Counted from the stretch's first letter, positions 30,619 to 40,336 are shown. The stretch: 64,000 bases of DNA from an uncultured Gammaproteobacteria bacterium (GCA_963711255.1 CAVQDO010000034.1:10553-74552), one strand, 5' to 3'. Made by a program: numbers and translations. The notes: generated by a model from the sequence alone, not told the origin.

Positions 30619-31350
30619 TTTTATTTCCCGTTTGTATTTACGATTGGCGTTAATATTTTCTTTTGGTTGCTTACTTAGGCTTTGCGGTTCTCGCACCGCG
30701 GGCGAGTTACTCTTTTGTCAGCAGCAACAAAAGAGTAACCAGAAAAGTGCCGCCCCGACTTGTTTGCCCCGAGAAAAGCACTCGGGGTTCCTGACTTTGG
30801 GTGCATTGCCTACGAGCCGTGCTGATGCGCCGTCCGGGCGCAGCATCACTAAATCCGCCGTCCATGGCGGATTTGCTCTACCAATGCGCCCAAAGTCAGC
30901 AAACAAAAGGGGGGTAAACAAAGAAAAACAAGAAACGAAACAAAAGCTTCTCCAGCTATGGCGCTACGCGCCATGTTTTTTGCTGTGTTCTAGTTGGTGC
31001 TATTGACTCTGTTGTTGACTTTGACTTTTCCGCCTTCGATAGCTGAATTTGCCAACACGTAGAGCAAATCCGCCATGGACGGCGGATTTAGCCACGCTGC
31101 GCCCGGACGGCGCATCGGGGCGGCTCGGGCCAAAGTAAGCATACACACCTTAAGCAAACACCAACGCCAAAAGAACAGACACCCTCAAATTCAGGTTCCC
31201 CGGACGCTTCTCCGGGGCTATCGAGTTCGCGGCGGCCTTTTCTGGTTACTCTTTTGGGCTGTAGCAAAAGAGTAACTCGCCCGCGGTGCGAGAACCGCAA
31301 TGCCAAAGTATGCAAACCATAGAAAATATTGACGCCAATAGGAAATAAAA
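30619..31350. repeat. complex GC-rich nested inverted-repeat element, non-coding (arms 30619-30881 and 31059-31350; central spacer 30882-31058)
   Basis: The two arms are reverse complements, with perfect blocks of 34 bp (30684-30717 vs 31266-31299), 20 bp, 21 bp and 32 bp (30850-30881 vs 31059-31090). Each block is itself a local hairpin. Local GC is ~55-60% against ~42% for the window. All ORFs through this region are low-complexity and look spurious. Confidence 0.85.
30958..30982 (+). terminator. terminator-like hairpin ATGGCGC-TAC-GCGCCAT followed by GTTTTTT, inside the central spacer of the palindromic element
   Basis: 7-bp GC-rich perfect stem, 3-nt loop and T6 run, read from the sequence. 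A tandem TTGACT x3 (31003-31026) follows. Confidence 0.5.
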
Positions 31351-31449
31351 AACGCAAAACCCCAAATACCCACAAACAACTATACGCACACAACTAAATC
31401 TACCTTAAAATACCCCGTTCAATGAGTACAAAAGTTAAAAACAAGAAAA

Positions 31450-34335
31450 ATGTCTGAATTTATCCCCGGTCAGCGTTGCATCAGCGATGCTGAACTACAA
31501 ATGGGGCTGGGCACCATTTTAACGGTTGAAGCACGGACCTTAACTGTACTATTTATGGCGACCGGCGAAACCCGTACCTATGCAATACAAACAGCACCGC
31601 TCACACGAGTGCTTTTCTCCATCGGTGATACTGTAACCAGTCACGAAGGTGTCAGTGTTACGGTTAAAGAAGTAGCCGAGAATCATGGTCTTGTCACCTA
31701 CTCCGGCATTGATAGTAATGGCAAGGTGTATCAGCTTGAAGAAGCCGAACTTGATAACTTTATACAATTGAATCGGCCCTCCGAACGATTGTTCAATGGC
31801 CAGATTGATAAAGACAACTGGTTCGAACTGCGTTATCAAACGCTTTTGCATAAGAGTCGACTGGCTAAGTCGGATCTATACGGTTTAGTGGGCAGTCGCA
31901 CCAGTCTAATATCTCATCAGCTATATATCGCTCATGAAGTAGCCAATCGTTATGCTCCGCGTGTGTTACTGGCTGATGAAGTTGGCCTCGGAAAAACCAT
32001 AGAGGCCGGCCTGATTCTGCACCACCAGGTATTAACCGAACGTGCGAAGCGACTATTAATTGTTGTACCGGAAACCCTTATCCATCAGTGGCTGGTAGAA
32101 ATGCTGCGCCGCTTTAATCTTCATTTCAAAATTTTTGATAAGAACCGCTGTGATGACTTAATCCAGGAAAACGATTTTGATAATATTTTTCATTCTGAAC
32201 AGTTTGTTTTGTGCAGTATTGATTTCCTGGTAAGTAACTCAGCTGTTTTTGAACAGTGTGTGATGGGTGAATGGGATTTGATGGTGGTTGATGAGGCTCA
32301 CCATCTGCAGTGGTCAGCAGAAGAACCCAGCATCGAGTATATGGTGGTTGAGCAGTTAAGTTACCACACCAAGGGTGTTTTACTGCTGACAGCTACGCCC
32401 GAGCAGCTTGGCAAGGAAAGTCATTTTGCACGCTTACGATTACTTGACCCCAATCGTTTCCCTGATTACCAGCAGTTTATCGAGGAAGAAGAAAACTATG
32501 AGCCTTATGCTCAGCTTATAGAAGATTTACTGAGTGGCCAGGCGTTAAGCGATACGGATTTCGAGCTTATTCATGCCACGATTCAGGAAGGTGATAATTT
32601 AAGCTTGCTTAATCAAATGCAGGATAACGGCAGCCAGGATGAGGAGCAAATGCAGCATGCTCGTACCGAACTGGTTGAACACCTGCTTGATCGTCATGGC
32701 ACAGGCCGTGTTTTATTTCGAAATACCCGCTCTGCAGTTAAAGGCTTTCCAGAAAGAAAACTTGAAAGTTATGCCCTGCCAATGCCTGAAGCCTACACGC
32801 AATTACAGGCTGAACAGGCTATCCAGTTATTAACCCCCGAGGTTCTGTATCAACAACAGGGTCTTGCAGAGCACTGGACTAAAATTGACCCAAGAATAAA
32901 CTGGTTGAGCAAAAAATGTGCTGAACTTTATCCGCAAAAAATTCTGGTTATTGCTGCTAATGCTGATACAGCGCTGGAAATTACACAGTACTTTAAAACC
33001 CAGACTGGATTGCATGCTACAGCTTTTCATGAAGGACTGAGCATTGTTGAACGTGATCGCGCCGCTGCATTTTTTGCGGATTTTGAAACGGGAAGCCAGA
33101 TCCTGGTATGTTCGGAAATTGGCAGTGAAGGCCGAAACTTTCAGTTTGCTCACCACCTGGTTGTTTTCGATTTGCCGATTAACCCGGATCTGCTGGAACA
33201 GCGTATAGGCCGACTCGATCGTATCGGGCAAAAAAACAGCATCGTTATTCATGTGCCTTACCTGGAAAATTCTGCCCAGTCAGTCTGCTTCCAGTGGTAT
33301 AACGAGGCGCTTGAAGCTTTCGAGCATACCTGCCCGGCGGGACATTCTGTTTACAAACGGGTACAGCATGATCTCCACCAGGCGTTACTTGAAAGCCAGA
33401 ACAATGAACTCAATGAGACATTACTGCAGCAGTTAATTAAATCTTCCCGATCACACTATCTTGAAATGACCCAGTCTCTGCAAAATGGTCGTGACCGATT
33501 GCTGGAATATAACTCCTGCCGCCCGCGCATAGCGAATGATATTAAATTACGGGCCGAAGCCGAAGATGAGCATTCGCTACTGGCTGACTATATGGAAAAC
33601 GTTTATGACTGTTTTGGTATAGATAATGAGCTTCATAGTGATGGTTGTTTCATTATTCGTCCAACCGAGCACATGATTAATCATTTCCCCGGACTTTCAG
33701 AAGAAGGCATGACTATTACCTATGAGCGTAATATTGCACTTAGTTTTGAAGATGCGCACTATATTACATGGGAGCACCCGTTAACCAATAACGCTATTGA
33801 TATGGTGTTAAGCAATGAAAATGGCAATACCTCGGTTACTGCGGCAGATTACAGTAATGTCAAGGCTGGCAGTGTTTTACTGGAATGCCTGTTTTCGCTG
33901 GAAAGTGCACCGATAGAAGAGTTGCAAAGTAACCGGTATTTACCGCCAACCATGATTCGCGTGGTTTGTGATGAACGTGGTGCAGACCATAATAGCAAGC
34001 TTTCACACGAAGTAATTAACAGCACTCGTCAGTTTGTTGATAGCGGTGTTGGAAACAAAATTGTTAAGGCGAAAAAGAAAATTCTAAAAGCCATGCTTAA
34101 GCGCAGTGAAAAATATGCCGAGTTAAAGTCGGCAAAAATTCTGGCTCAGGCTCAGCACTCAGCAACAGAGACATTATCAATTGAAATTAATCGATTAAAT
34201 GCGCTTTCTAAAGTTAACCCGAATATCCGGGCCGACGAAATAAATTACTTTGAGAAACAGTTGTCGAAGTTAACCAGGGTCATTGATGCGGCTAACTTAC
34301 GGCTGGATGCGGTACGGGTTATTGTAGCAACCTGA
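31450..34335 (+). CDS. rapA: RNA polymerase-associated protein RapA (HepA), SNF2-family ATPase
   Basis: 961 aa with the RapA N-terminal domain and SNF2 helicase motifs (LLADEVGLGKTIEAG, DEAHHL, helicase C-terminal QRIGRLDRIGQ). Confidence 0.95.
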   Translation: MSEFIPGQRCISDAELQMGLGTILTVEARTLTVLFMATGETRTYAIQTAPLTRVLFSIGDTVTSHEGVSVTVKEVAENHGLVTYSGIDSNGKVYQLEEAELDNFIQLNRPSERLFNGQIDKDNWFELRYQTLLHKSRLAKSDLYGLVGSRTSLISHQLYIAHEVANRYAPRVLLADEVGLGKTIEAGLILHHQVLTERAKRLLIVVPETLIHQWLVEMLRRFNLHFKIFDKNRCDDLIQENDFDNIFHSEQFVLCSIDFLVSNSAVFEQCVMGEWDLMVVDEAHHLQWSAEEPSIEYMVVEQLSYHTKGVLLLTATPEQLGKESHFARLRLLDPNRFPDYQQFIEEEENYEPYAQLIEDLLSGQALSDTDFELIHATIQEGDNLSLLNQMQDNGSQDEEQMQHARTELVEHLLDRHGTGRVLFRNTRSAVKGFPERKLESYALPMPEAYTQLQAEQAIQLLTPEVLYQQQGLAEHWTKIDPRINWLSKKCAELYPQKILVIAANADTALEITQYFKTQTGLHATAFHEGLSIVERDRAAAFFADFETGSQILVCSEIGSEGRNFQFAHHLVVFDLPINPDLLEQRIGRLDRIGQKNSIVIHVPYLENSAQSVCFQWYNEALEAFEHTCPAGHSVYKRVQHDLHQALLESQNNELNETLLQQLIKSSRSHYLEMTQSLQNGRDRLLEYNSCRPRIANDIKLRAEAEDEHSLLADYMENVYDCFGIDNELHSDGCFIIRPTEHMINHFPGLSEEGMTITYERNIALSFEDAHYITWEHPLTNNAIDMVLSNENGNTSVTAADYSNVKAGSVLLECLFSLESAPIEELQSNRYLPPTMIRVVCDERGADHNSKLSHEVINSTRQFVDSGVGNKIVKAKKKILKAMLKRSEKYAELKSAKILAQAQHSATETLSIEINRLNALSKVNPNIRADEINYFEKQLSKLTRVIDAANLRLDAVRVIVAT

Positions 34336-34352
34336 TGTTATTACAGGGCCGG

Positions 34353-34823
34353 CTACAGGCTGATATAGCTAAAGCCCTGCTCCTGTAATTGCATAATACT
34401 ATCAATACCAATCGGAACGACCACAGCGATGTCTAGCAGGTCATCCTGCTGCCAGTTCATGCTTTTCATGGTATTACCGCAAGCGAGAAATTTGACGCCA
34501 TAATCAGCGAGCGAGTTGACACGCTGTTGGTGCAATCTCGAAATGGGCCGTGCCGGACGCTCAACCAGTAAATTCAATCCCGGGCCAAATGCAGAAATCA
34601 CTAACTCAATATCGTCACCGTATTTGCGCAGCATTTCAGAGCAGGAAAACAGCAGGTGCTCCAGGTATTCATTATCTGCCTTATTACACTGGTAGACGAG
34701 CTGGTGTGCGGCTTTATCTTCGAAGTGAGTATCGGTGTGACTCGCCTGTGCCCGGTTTACGGTCAGGCCAGCACCAAGCAGCCCTAACATGGATAAAAAA
34801 TGTCGTCTTTTTGTAATCTTCAT
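34353..34823 (-). CDS. Tat-signal DsrE/DsrF-like family protein
   Basis: Twin-arginine motif (KRRHFLSMLGLLGAG) followed by a ~120 aa DsrE/DsrF-like (YchN fold) domain (...AVVVPIGIDSIMQLQEQG). Confidence 0.5.
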   Translation of the reverse strand: MKITKRRHFLSMLGLLGAGLTVNRAQASHTDTHFEDKAAHQLVYQCNKADNEYLEHLLFSCSEMLRKYGDDIELVISAFGPGLNLLVERPARPISRLHQQRVNSLADYGVKFLACGNTMKSMNWQQDDLLDIAVVVPIGIDSIMQLQEQGFSYISL

Positions 34824-34898
34824 CGTAGTTCCCCTCGATACTAGCTTATAATACTAGTTCATTTACATACCAGATAAAACTGTAATATAGGTACTAAC

Positions 34899-36200
34899 TT
34901 GTTTTCTTCACTATTGCTTGATGAACCCATCCTTGACGCCCTTGCCTTTCTTGGATTAGAGGAAATGACTGAAGTTCAGTCAGCATCGATACCGCTGGCC
35001 CTGGAAGGACGAGACCTGATTGTTAATGCACGTACCGGCAGCGGCAAAACACTGGCTTATGTTATACCGATGATGCAGCAGATACTGGATAATCCGCAAA
35101 GTGTCACCCAGGCTATTATTCTCGCGCCAACACGCGATTTATGCCGCCAGATAAATAAACAGTGCATGTTGATGGCTCAGTATACCGAGATAAAAACCGC
35201 GGTCATCATCGGCGGTGAAGACCCCAAGCACCAGATAACGGCGTTACAGCAGTATCCAGACATTATCGTCGCAACCCCGGGCAGACTTTTAGAGCATGTT
35301 AAGCGCGAAATGATCGCACTGGATGCAATCAATATACTTGTGCTTGATGAAGCCGACAGGATGCTGGATATGGGCTTCAGTGATGATGTTGTTAAAATAG
35401 CCACACAGTGCAGTGAAGAATGCCAGACGCTACTCTACTCTGCCAGCTTCAATGAAGGCAAATTTAAAGTTTTGACTGATAAGGTATTGTTCGACGCAGA
35501 AAAAATTCTGGTTGATAGCGCTCGTGAAAATAACCTGAATGCCACGCAGCTAAAAATCCTGGCGGATGATAATAACCATAAAATGGAACTCTGCCGTGCC
35601 ATCCTTAAAAATGAAGAACAGAACTTTGAATATAAGAAAGCCATAATATTTGCCAATAAGAAAGAGACGGTAAACACAATAAGTCGCTGGTTACAGTCAA
35701 AAGAAATATACTCAGCAGTCATTCACAGTGATGTAGAGCAGGATAAAAGAAATTTAATTCTAAGCAAGTTTAGAAATAATGATGTCAAAATTATTGTTGC
35801 CACAGATGTCGCCTCTCGTGGTCTTGATATTAATGATCTAGATTTGATTATTAACTTCGATGTGCCACGTAGTGGTGAAGATTATATGCATCGAATTGGC
35901 CGTACCGGAAGAATGTACGAAACCGGAATGGCTATTACCCTGGTTAATTCACAGGAATGGAACCAGATGGTTAGTATAGAAAACTTTCTTGAAATTAAGT
36001 GTATAGAACGTACTATTAAGTCACACCCGGCATCCTATAGTGGACCGCAAAACAGGAAAACCTCTGGTAAGGCTTATGGCGTAAAAAGAAAGAAAGCGAT
36101 AAAGAAAAAAGCAAAGACCAGGGTGAAAAGCCGCGTACGTGACAAGAAAAATGTTGGTAAGAGAAGGCAGCCATCAGACAGTGATCTGAAAAAAACATAG
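34899..36200 (+). CDS. DEAD-box ATP-dependent RNA helicase with Lys/Arg-rich C-terminal tail
   Basis: TTG start. Q-motif (TEVQ), Walker A (ARTGSGKT), DEAD (LVLDEADRM), [14 protein letters not shown] and a basic C-terminal tail (KRKKAIKKKAKTRVKSRVRDKK). Confidence 0.9.
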   Translation: MFSSLLLDEPILDALAFLGLEEMTEVQSASIPLALEGRDLIVNARTGSGKTLAYVIPMMQQILDNPQSVTQAIILAPTRDLCRQINKQCMLMAQYTEIKTAVIIGGEDPKHQITALQQYPDIIVATPGRLLEHVKREMIALDAINILVLDEADRMLDMGFSDDVVKIATQCSEECQTLLYSASFNEGKFKVLTDKVLFDAEKILVDSARENNLNATQLKILADDNNHKMELCRAILKNEEQNFEYKKAIIFANKKETVNTISRWLQSKEIYSAVIHSDVEQDKRNLILSKFRNNDVKIIVATDVASRGLDINDLDLIINFDVPRSGEDYMHRIGRTGRMYETGMAITLVNSQEWNQMVSIENFLEIKCIERTIKSHPASYSGPQNRKTSGKAYGVKRKKAIKKKAKTRVKSRVRDKKNVGKRRQPSDSDLKKT

Positions 36201-36220
36201 TTGTAGAAGTGTGACCTTTT

Positions 36221-37069
36221 ATGAAAACTATAAACATAATTATTGCAATAACATTTTTAGCCGTTGGCTTTGTCAGCGCCTACCTGGTTCTAAGTGCTAC
36301 CGCTGATAATAAAGCCGCTGTTGATACAGCCAGTCTGAACGATGATAGCGAAACAGCAATATTTGTTAATCCTTTCTCCACGAAAGCGCCGGAGACAACC
36401 GATAATGCAAGGTTGAACTCGCTCGAGAATGATGTTGCAGATATTATGCAACAGTTACAAAATATCGAGCTGACATTGCAGAATTTAGCGGCTGAAACTG
36501 AAACCGGTTCATCGGCAACACGCCAGTCGAGTTCGCGTAGTAATCGCTTTACTTCAGCTTTGAGCCAGCGTCTCTATAACCTGGATAATTTGATCCGGGG
36601 CGGTATTGATCCATCGATAGCAGAAGATATCGTCCGACGAAAAAATAAAATTGAATTAGAAAGACTGGAGCTGCAGGATCGTGCTCGCAGAGAAGATTAC
36701 CTGGATACCGAGCGCTATTTTGACGAACTTGAAGCAATTAATTCTCAGGATATCAGTCTTAGAGAAGAGCTGGGTGATCAGCAATATGATGAGTATCTTT
36801 TTAACAGTAAACAAAATAATCGTATTAAAATTACATCAGTTATGCTTGGTTCGGTTGCCGAACAGGCTGGCATAGAAGCTGGTGATGTAGTCTTAAGTTA
36901 CGATAGCCAGCGTATGTATACCTGGCAGGAACTAAAAGATGCAACAGCCGAAGGCCAGCTTGGCGAGTACGTATCTATTAGCATGTCCCGAAGTGGTGAG
37001 ATATTCAGTTTTACTGTGCCAAGAGGCCCTCTGGGTGTGCAGTTAGGTGCTACCCGGCTTATTCCCTAG
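36221..37069 (+). CDS. membrane-anchored coiled-coil protein with C-terminal PDZ domain
   Basis: N-terminal TM helix, a long helical region and a C-terminal PDZ-like segment (ITSVMLGSVAEQAGIEAGDVVLSYD...GEYVSISMSRSGEIFSFTV). Confidence 0.6.
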   Translation: MKTINIIIAITFLAVGFVSAYLVLSATADNKAAVDTASLNDDSETAIFVNPFSTKAPETTDNARLNSLENDVADIMQQLQNIELTLQNLAAETETGSSATRQSSSRSNRFTSALSQRLYNLDNLIRGGIDPSIAEDIVRRKNKIELERLELQDRARREDYLDTERYFDELEAINSQDISLREELGDQQYDEYLFNSKQNNRIKITSVMLGSVAEQAGIEAGDVVLSYDSQRMYTWQELKDATAEGQLGEYVSISMSRSGEIFSFTVPRGPLGVQLGATRLIP

Positions 37070-37092
37070 TTACAATTAATATTGATTTAAAT

Positions 37093-37971
37093 ATGACGAT
37101 GAAAAAAGATATATACGTTTTTGAAGTGAGTGAAAGCAGTTTTCAGGAATCTGTTATTCAAAATTCACATACTCTTCCTGTGTTTGTTGAATTTATGGGA
37201 TTCTGGTCCGAGCCATGCATTGTTTTATCAGCCATTATGTCTGATCTGGCTGCGGAGTTTGCCAGTCAGTTTGTTTTTGCAAAACTCGACATTGATGATC
37301 ATGCCGAACTGCGAAAGCAATTCGCTGTTGAAAATATACCGACAATAAAGGTATTTGTTAACGGTGAAGTCGTTGCTACTGAGGAAGGACAGTTAACAGA
37401 AGATGAGTGCCGTGCTTTACTGAAACAATATGGTGTCTATCATGAGTCTGATGAAATGCGTCTCCAGGCCAGAGAGCTGCATCTGTCTGGCGATACCCAG
37501 GCGGCTTTTATACTTTTAACCGAAGCGATTAAAAAAGATCCAAAAAATACCCGTGTCGCCATGGATATGGTGCAGGTTTTTATTGATTCAAAACTGATTG
37601 ATAACGCCAATGGCCTGTTCAGCAAGTTACCGTCAGCTGTCAAGGATAGCCGCATGGGTAAGTCTCTCGCAAGTCAGCTAGCCTTCATTAATCAGGCGGC
37701 TACAACTGATGGTATTACAGCGCTGCAACAGCGCATCAGTGATAATGAAAAAGACTATGACGCGCACTTCGACCTGGCTATATGCCTGCTTGCAGAATAT
37801 GAAACCATGGCGGCGATTGAAGAACTGTTTTATATCCTGGAAAATAAAGCCGATTACAAGGATGGTGCGGCGAAGGAAATGATTATTGTTTTAGTCGGTT
37901 CAATGAAAGAGAAAGAACCTGAGGTAGCACAGAGTATTCAGCAGCGACTTAGCAATATGCTTGCCCAGTAA
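37093..37971 (+). CDS. ybbN: thioredoxin-domain plus TPR co-chaperone YbbN/CnoX family
   Basis: Thioredoxin fold with a degenerate SxxC active site (FWSEPC) and a C-terminal TPR-like domain, the YbbN architecture. Confidence 0.8.
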   Translation: MTMKKDIYVFEVSESSFQESVIQNSHTLPVFVEFMGFWSEPCIVLSAIMSDLAAEFASQFVFAKLDIDDHAELRKQFAVENIPTIKVFVNGEVVATEEGQLTEDECRALLKQYGVYHESDEMRLQARELHLSGDTQAAFILLTEAIKKDPKNTRVAMDMVQVFIDSKLIDNANGLFSKLPSAVKDSRMGKSLASQLAFINQAATTDGITALQQRISDNEKDYDAHFDLAICLLAEYETMAAIEELFYILENKADYKDGAAKEMIIVLVGSMKEKEPEVAQSIQQRLSNMLAQ

Positions 37972-37986
37972 TATTATTCAGGAATA

Positions 37987-38478
37987 TTATTTTTTCCTGG
38001 TTATTATTTTAAGTTCGTATTCATTGTAAGCTTTTTTTGAATTGCCTTTGATAACATTTCTTATCTCTTCCATTGATGTATATGAGCCACTGCCTAGAGG
38101 CTTCTGATCACTGGCAAGTACCCATATAGACTCACTGCCGAAAGGCTCACTGATTATAAAGCGGTAAGCATCATCGTATTCAGGTACGGTAAGAAAGAAA
38201 CCATGCTGGTAAAAGTTACTTGACTGGTTTTCATTGGGCAGTATCTGGCTGATATTATTGTCAGCATCAACATAATACATATAAATATAGGCGTCACTGC
38301 CCAAACTTAATAGAAACTGGATCTCGTCACCATCAACAAATTCCTGTTTGTCGCCAAGATGTGTGGTTAATTCCAGAGGAATGCTTTGCAATGTCTGATG
38401 TCCGCTAATATTGCTGTTCTGGGCTCCACAAGCGCCAAGCATTAGCGCTAATAGGAAATACGAAAAAGGTTTAATCAT
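37987..38478 (-). CDS. DUF4384-domain lipoprotein
   Basis: LGAC lipobox. Central IYMYYVDADNNISQILPN matches the DUF4384 signature (a domain often fused to the C-terminus of bacterial caspase-family proteins). Last gene of the minus-strand caspase module. Confidence 0.6.
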   Translation of the reverse strand: MIKPFSYFLLALMLGACGAQNSNISGHQTLQSIPLELTTHLGDKQEFVDGDEIQFLLSLGSDAYIYMYYVDADNNISQILPNENQSSNFYQHGFFLTVPEYDDAYRFIISEPFGSESIWVLASDQKPLGSGSYTSMEEIRNVIKGNSKKAYNEYELKIITRKK

Positions 38479-38651
38479 TGATGCAATTTATTCATGCGTG
38501 AAGGTGTGTTTGCTTAATAATATTGTGTTAAAGACTGAAACTGTAGTTATAACCGATGAATATAGCATTGATTCTATATTCCTGTTTGCTTGAGTCCAGA
38601 TATTCAAATTTATAGTTTCGGGTTTTTATGCCGGCATTTAGAAAATGCTGA

Positions 38652-39242
38652 TCATTCAGTGTGTAGACCGTGCCGAACTTCGAGTGCCCAGCTTTTGCCT
38701 TCGCCAACTTTGTTGTCACTGCCATCTTTGATGTCTCCCTTGCCGATAAATCCAAAGGATCCAAACAATGTCCATTTCGGGTTTAAGGGTATAAAGCCGG
38801 ATGTGCCGAGGCCCAGGCCAACAAAATTTTGTGTATATGGATCGTTCTTCCAGTCATTGGAAACGACTTTTAAATCTGCAAATAATGATACCTGTGGCCA
38901 GAAATAATAACCAACCAGCAGGTCAAAATCTCTTTGTTTGATTCTAACGTTTGACGTTGCAACACGGCCTGCCAGGGTGAATTTATCAGGCGCATTACTA
39001 TTAAAGTCATATTCACCGCCTTGAAGATTAAGGCCAGTATAAAAATTATCAAGCTGATAAGAAATATTTAGAGCAAACTGGCCGCCCTCGTCGCTTTCGA
39101 AATCACTGCCACCAGATCCGTTATCGCCATTCCAGCCAGCACCTAGTAGTTTTGCACCAAATGTCAGACGCTGGTCTGCACACAGGTTGCTGCTGGTAAA
39201 TATCAATGAAAGTAATACGAAAGATATTGTTTTATACAACAT
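38652..39242 (-). CDS. outer-membrane beta-barrel protein (OmpA-like/opacity family), apparently frameshifted near the 3' end
   Basis: Signal peptide followed by Gly/aromatic-rich amphipathic strands. The predicted C-terminus (..SWALEVRHGLHTE) lacks a terminal aromatic residue. The overlapping frame at 38528-38783 encodes a canonical barrel C-terminus (..GTVYTLNDQHF..YRINAIFIGYNYSF). Confidence 0.55.
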   Translation of the reverse strand: MLYKTISFVLLSLIFTSSNLCADQRLTFGAKLLGAGWNGDNGSGGSDFESDEGGQFALNISYQLDNFYTGLNLQGGEYDFNSNAPDKFTLAGRVATSNVRIKQRDFDLLVGYYFWPQVSLFADLKVVSNDWKNDPYTQNFVGLGLGTSGFIPLNPKWTLFGSFGFIGKGDIKDGSDNKVGEGKSWALEVRHGLHTE

Positions 39243-39254
39243 AATATTATCCTT

Positions 39255-40334
39255 TTACAGTGTTGGAATGGGTACTACTTTTGGCTGTTTTACGGGCTTT
39301 TTAATTACTTTCTCGCTAGCCCCGCTTATTGCCGGGTCAGCGGGTACTACATTAACTTCGACTTTTACTTTCTCGGGTGCTACGCCTTCTACAGCAACAT
39401 CCAGCCTTATAAATATGAACTCGCCCAGTTCGTCACCGGCGCCCTGTAATACACCGCTTTCGGGTACCTGCTCAACATTATTGGCAACAGCGCGTTCTAC
39501 GTTGCCGGAAAGCTGGCTGAGGGTAAACATAGGTTTGTTATTAGTATCCAGTTCGTTAAGTAAAAAATAGGTAAATGGAGAGTGCCCAGAGTTTCTGTAG
39601 TCGTCATCAACAAACTCAAATCCTCCAGCGGCCATTATTTGCACGCTTTTCTTTTTGGAAACTTTTTCAAAATATTTTTCATTATAGTCAGATTCTGAAA
39701 AGCCACGAGTGGCTGTTCTTAGTAAGGAACCACTAAAGCAGGAGTCGGATATTAACAATGTGTGTTTGACGCGAGAGGCAATACTCGATACTTCATCTCT
39801 TATCGTAGAGTTGCGTAAAAAAGTTGTGTGGTCACTACCTTCCGCATCAACCGGTACCCAGAACCCCTTGTTGGTTTCGTCGTCAAGAAAGCCATGGCCG
39901 GCATAATAGATGAGTACATTGTCATTTTTTAAGGATTTTGCGGCCAGTTCTTCCAGGGCGAGCAAAACTTCCCGCCGTGTTGCATTCTCCATCAGGTTAA
40001 CATCGCTAAACCCATATTGCTCGCTCAATAGTTTGGCAACAGCCCGGGCATCGGTAACGGCTGTACTCAATGATTTCCATTTCCCCTTTTCGTCCTGGTA
40101 GTCATTATTGCCAATGATAAGCGCACGATAAACACCGTTGCCAATTATGTTTTCAGATATTGATGGAGTGTTTACGTTTTCAGTTTTTTCGATAGAGATG
40201 CCACGACTGTCAGCAGCAAAACTATTGCTGGCCGTTACAGACAGTGCCAGAAAAAGAGGTATCACAATATTGAAATAGTAACGCAAAATAAATCTTGTAT
40301 TTGCGAATAATTTAAAAAGTGTTTTCTTAAACAT
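39255..40334 (-). CDS. caspase-family (peptidase C14) protein with signal peptide; periplasmic/secreted orthocaspase-like
   Basis: N-terminal signal sequence. C14 core YRALIIGNNDYQ..., with catalytic His in LIYYAGHG and catalytic Cys in LLISDSCFSG. A Pro/Lys-rich C-terminal tail follows. Confidence 0.85.
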   Translation of the reverse strand: MFKKTLFKLFANTRFILRYYFNIVIPLFLALSVTASNSFAADSRGISIEKTENVNTPSISENIIGNGVYRALIIGNNDYQDEKGKWKSLSTAVTDARAVAKLLSEQYGFSDVNLMENATRREVLLALEELAAKSLKNDNVLIYYAGHGFLDDETNKGFWVPVDAEGSDHTTFLRNSTIRDEVSSIASRVKHTLLISDSCFSGSLLRTATRGFSESDYNEKYFEKVSKKKSVQIMAAGGFEFVDDDYRNSGHSPFTYFLLNELDTNNKPMFTLSQLSGNVERAVANNVEQVPESGVLQGAGDELGEFIFIRLDVAVEGVAPEKVKVEVNVVPADPAISGASEKVIKKPVKQPKVVPIPTL

Positions 40335-40336
40335 GG

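Noticed and set aside
30619-31350. Insertion sequence or transposon
   Set aside because: The terminal inverted repeats are far longer than IS ends. There is no transposase ORF and no obvious direct target duplication. Treated as a structured palindromic element instead.
30632-31393. Four overlapping ORFs (30632-31006 +, 30718-30921 -, 31075-31275 +, 31088-31393 -) inside the palindromic element
   Set aside because: Low-complexity Arg/Ala/Pro-rich translations produced by GC-rich palindromic DNA. Their mirror-image arrangement on both strands is what inverted repeats generate. No start context or family resemblance.
37987-39242. Bacterial gasdermin adjacent to the caspase gene
   Set aside because: Both downstream proteins have cleavable signal peptides (one with a lipobox) and beta-barrel or DUF4384 features. 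Gasdermins are cytoplasmic and lack signal peptides.
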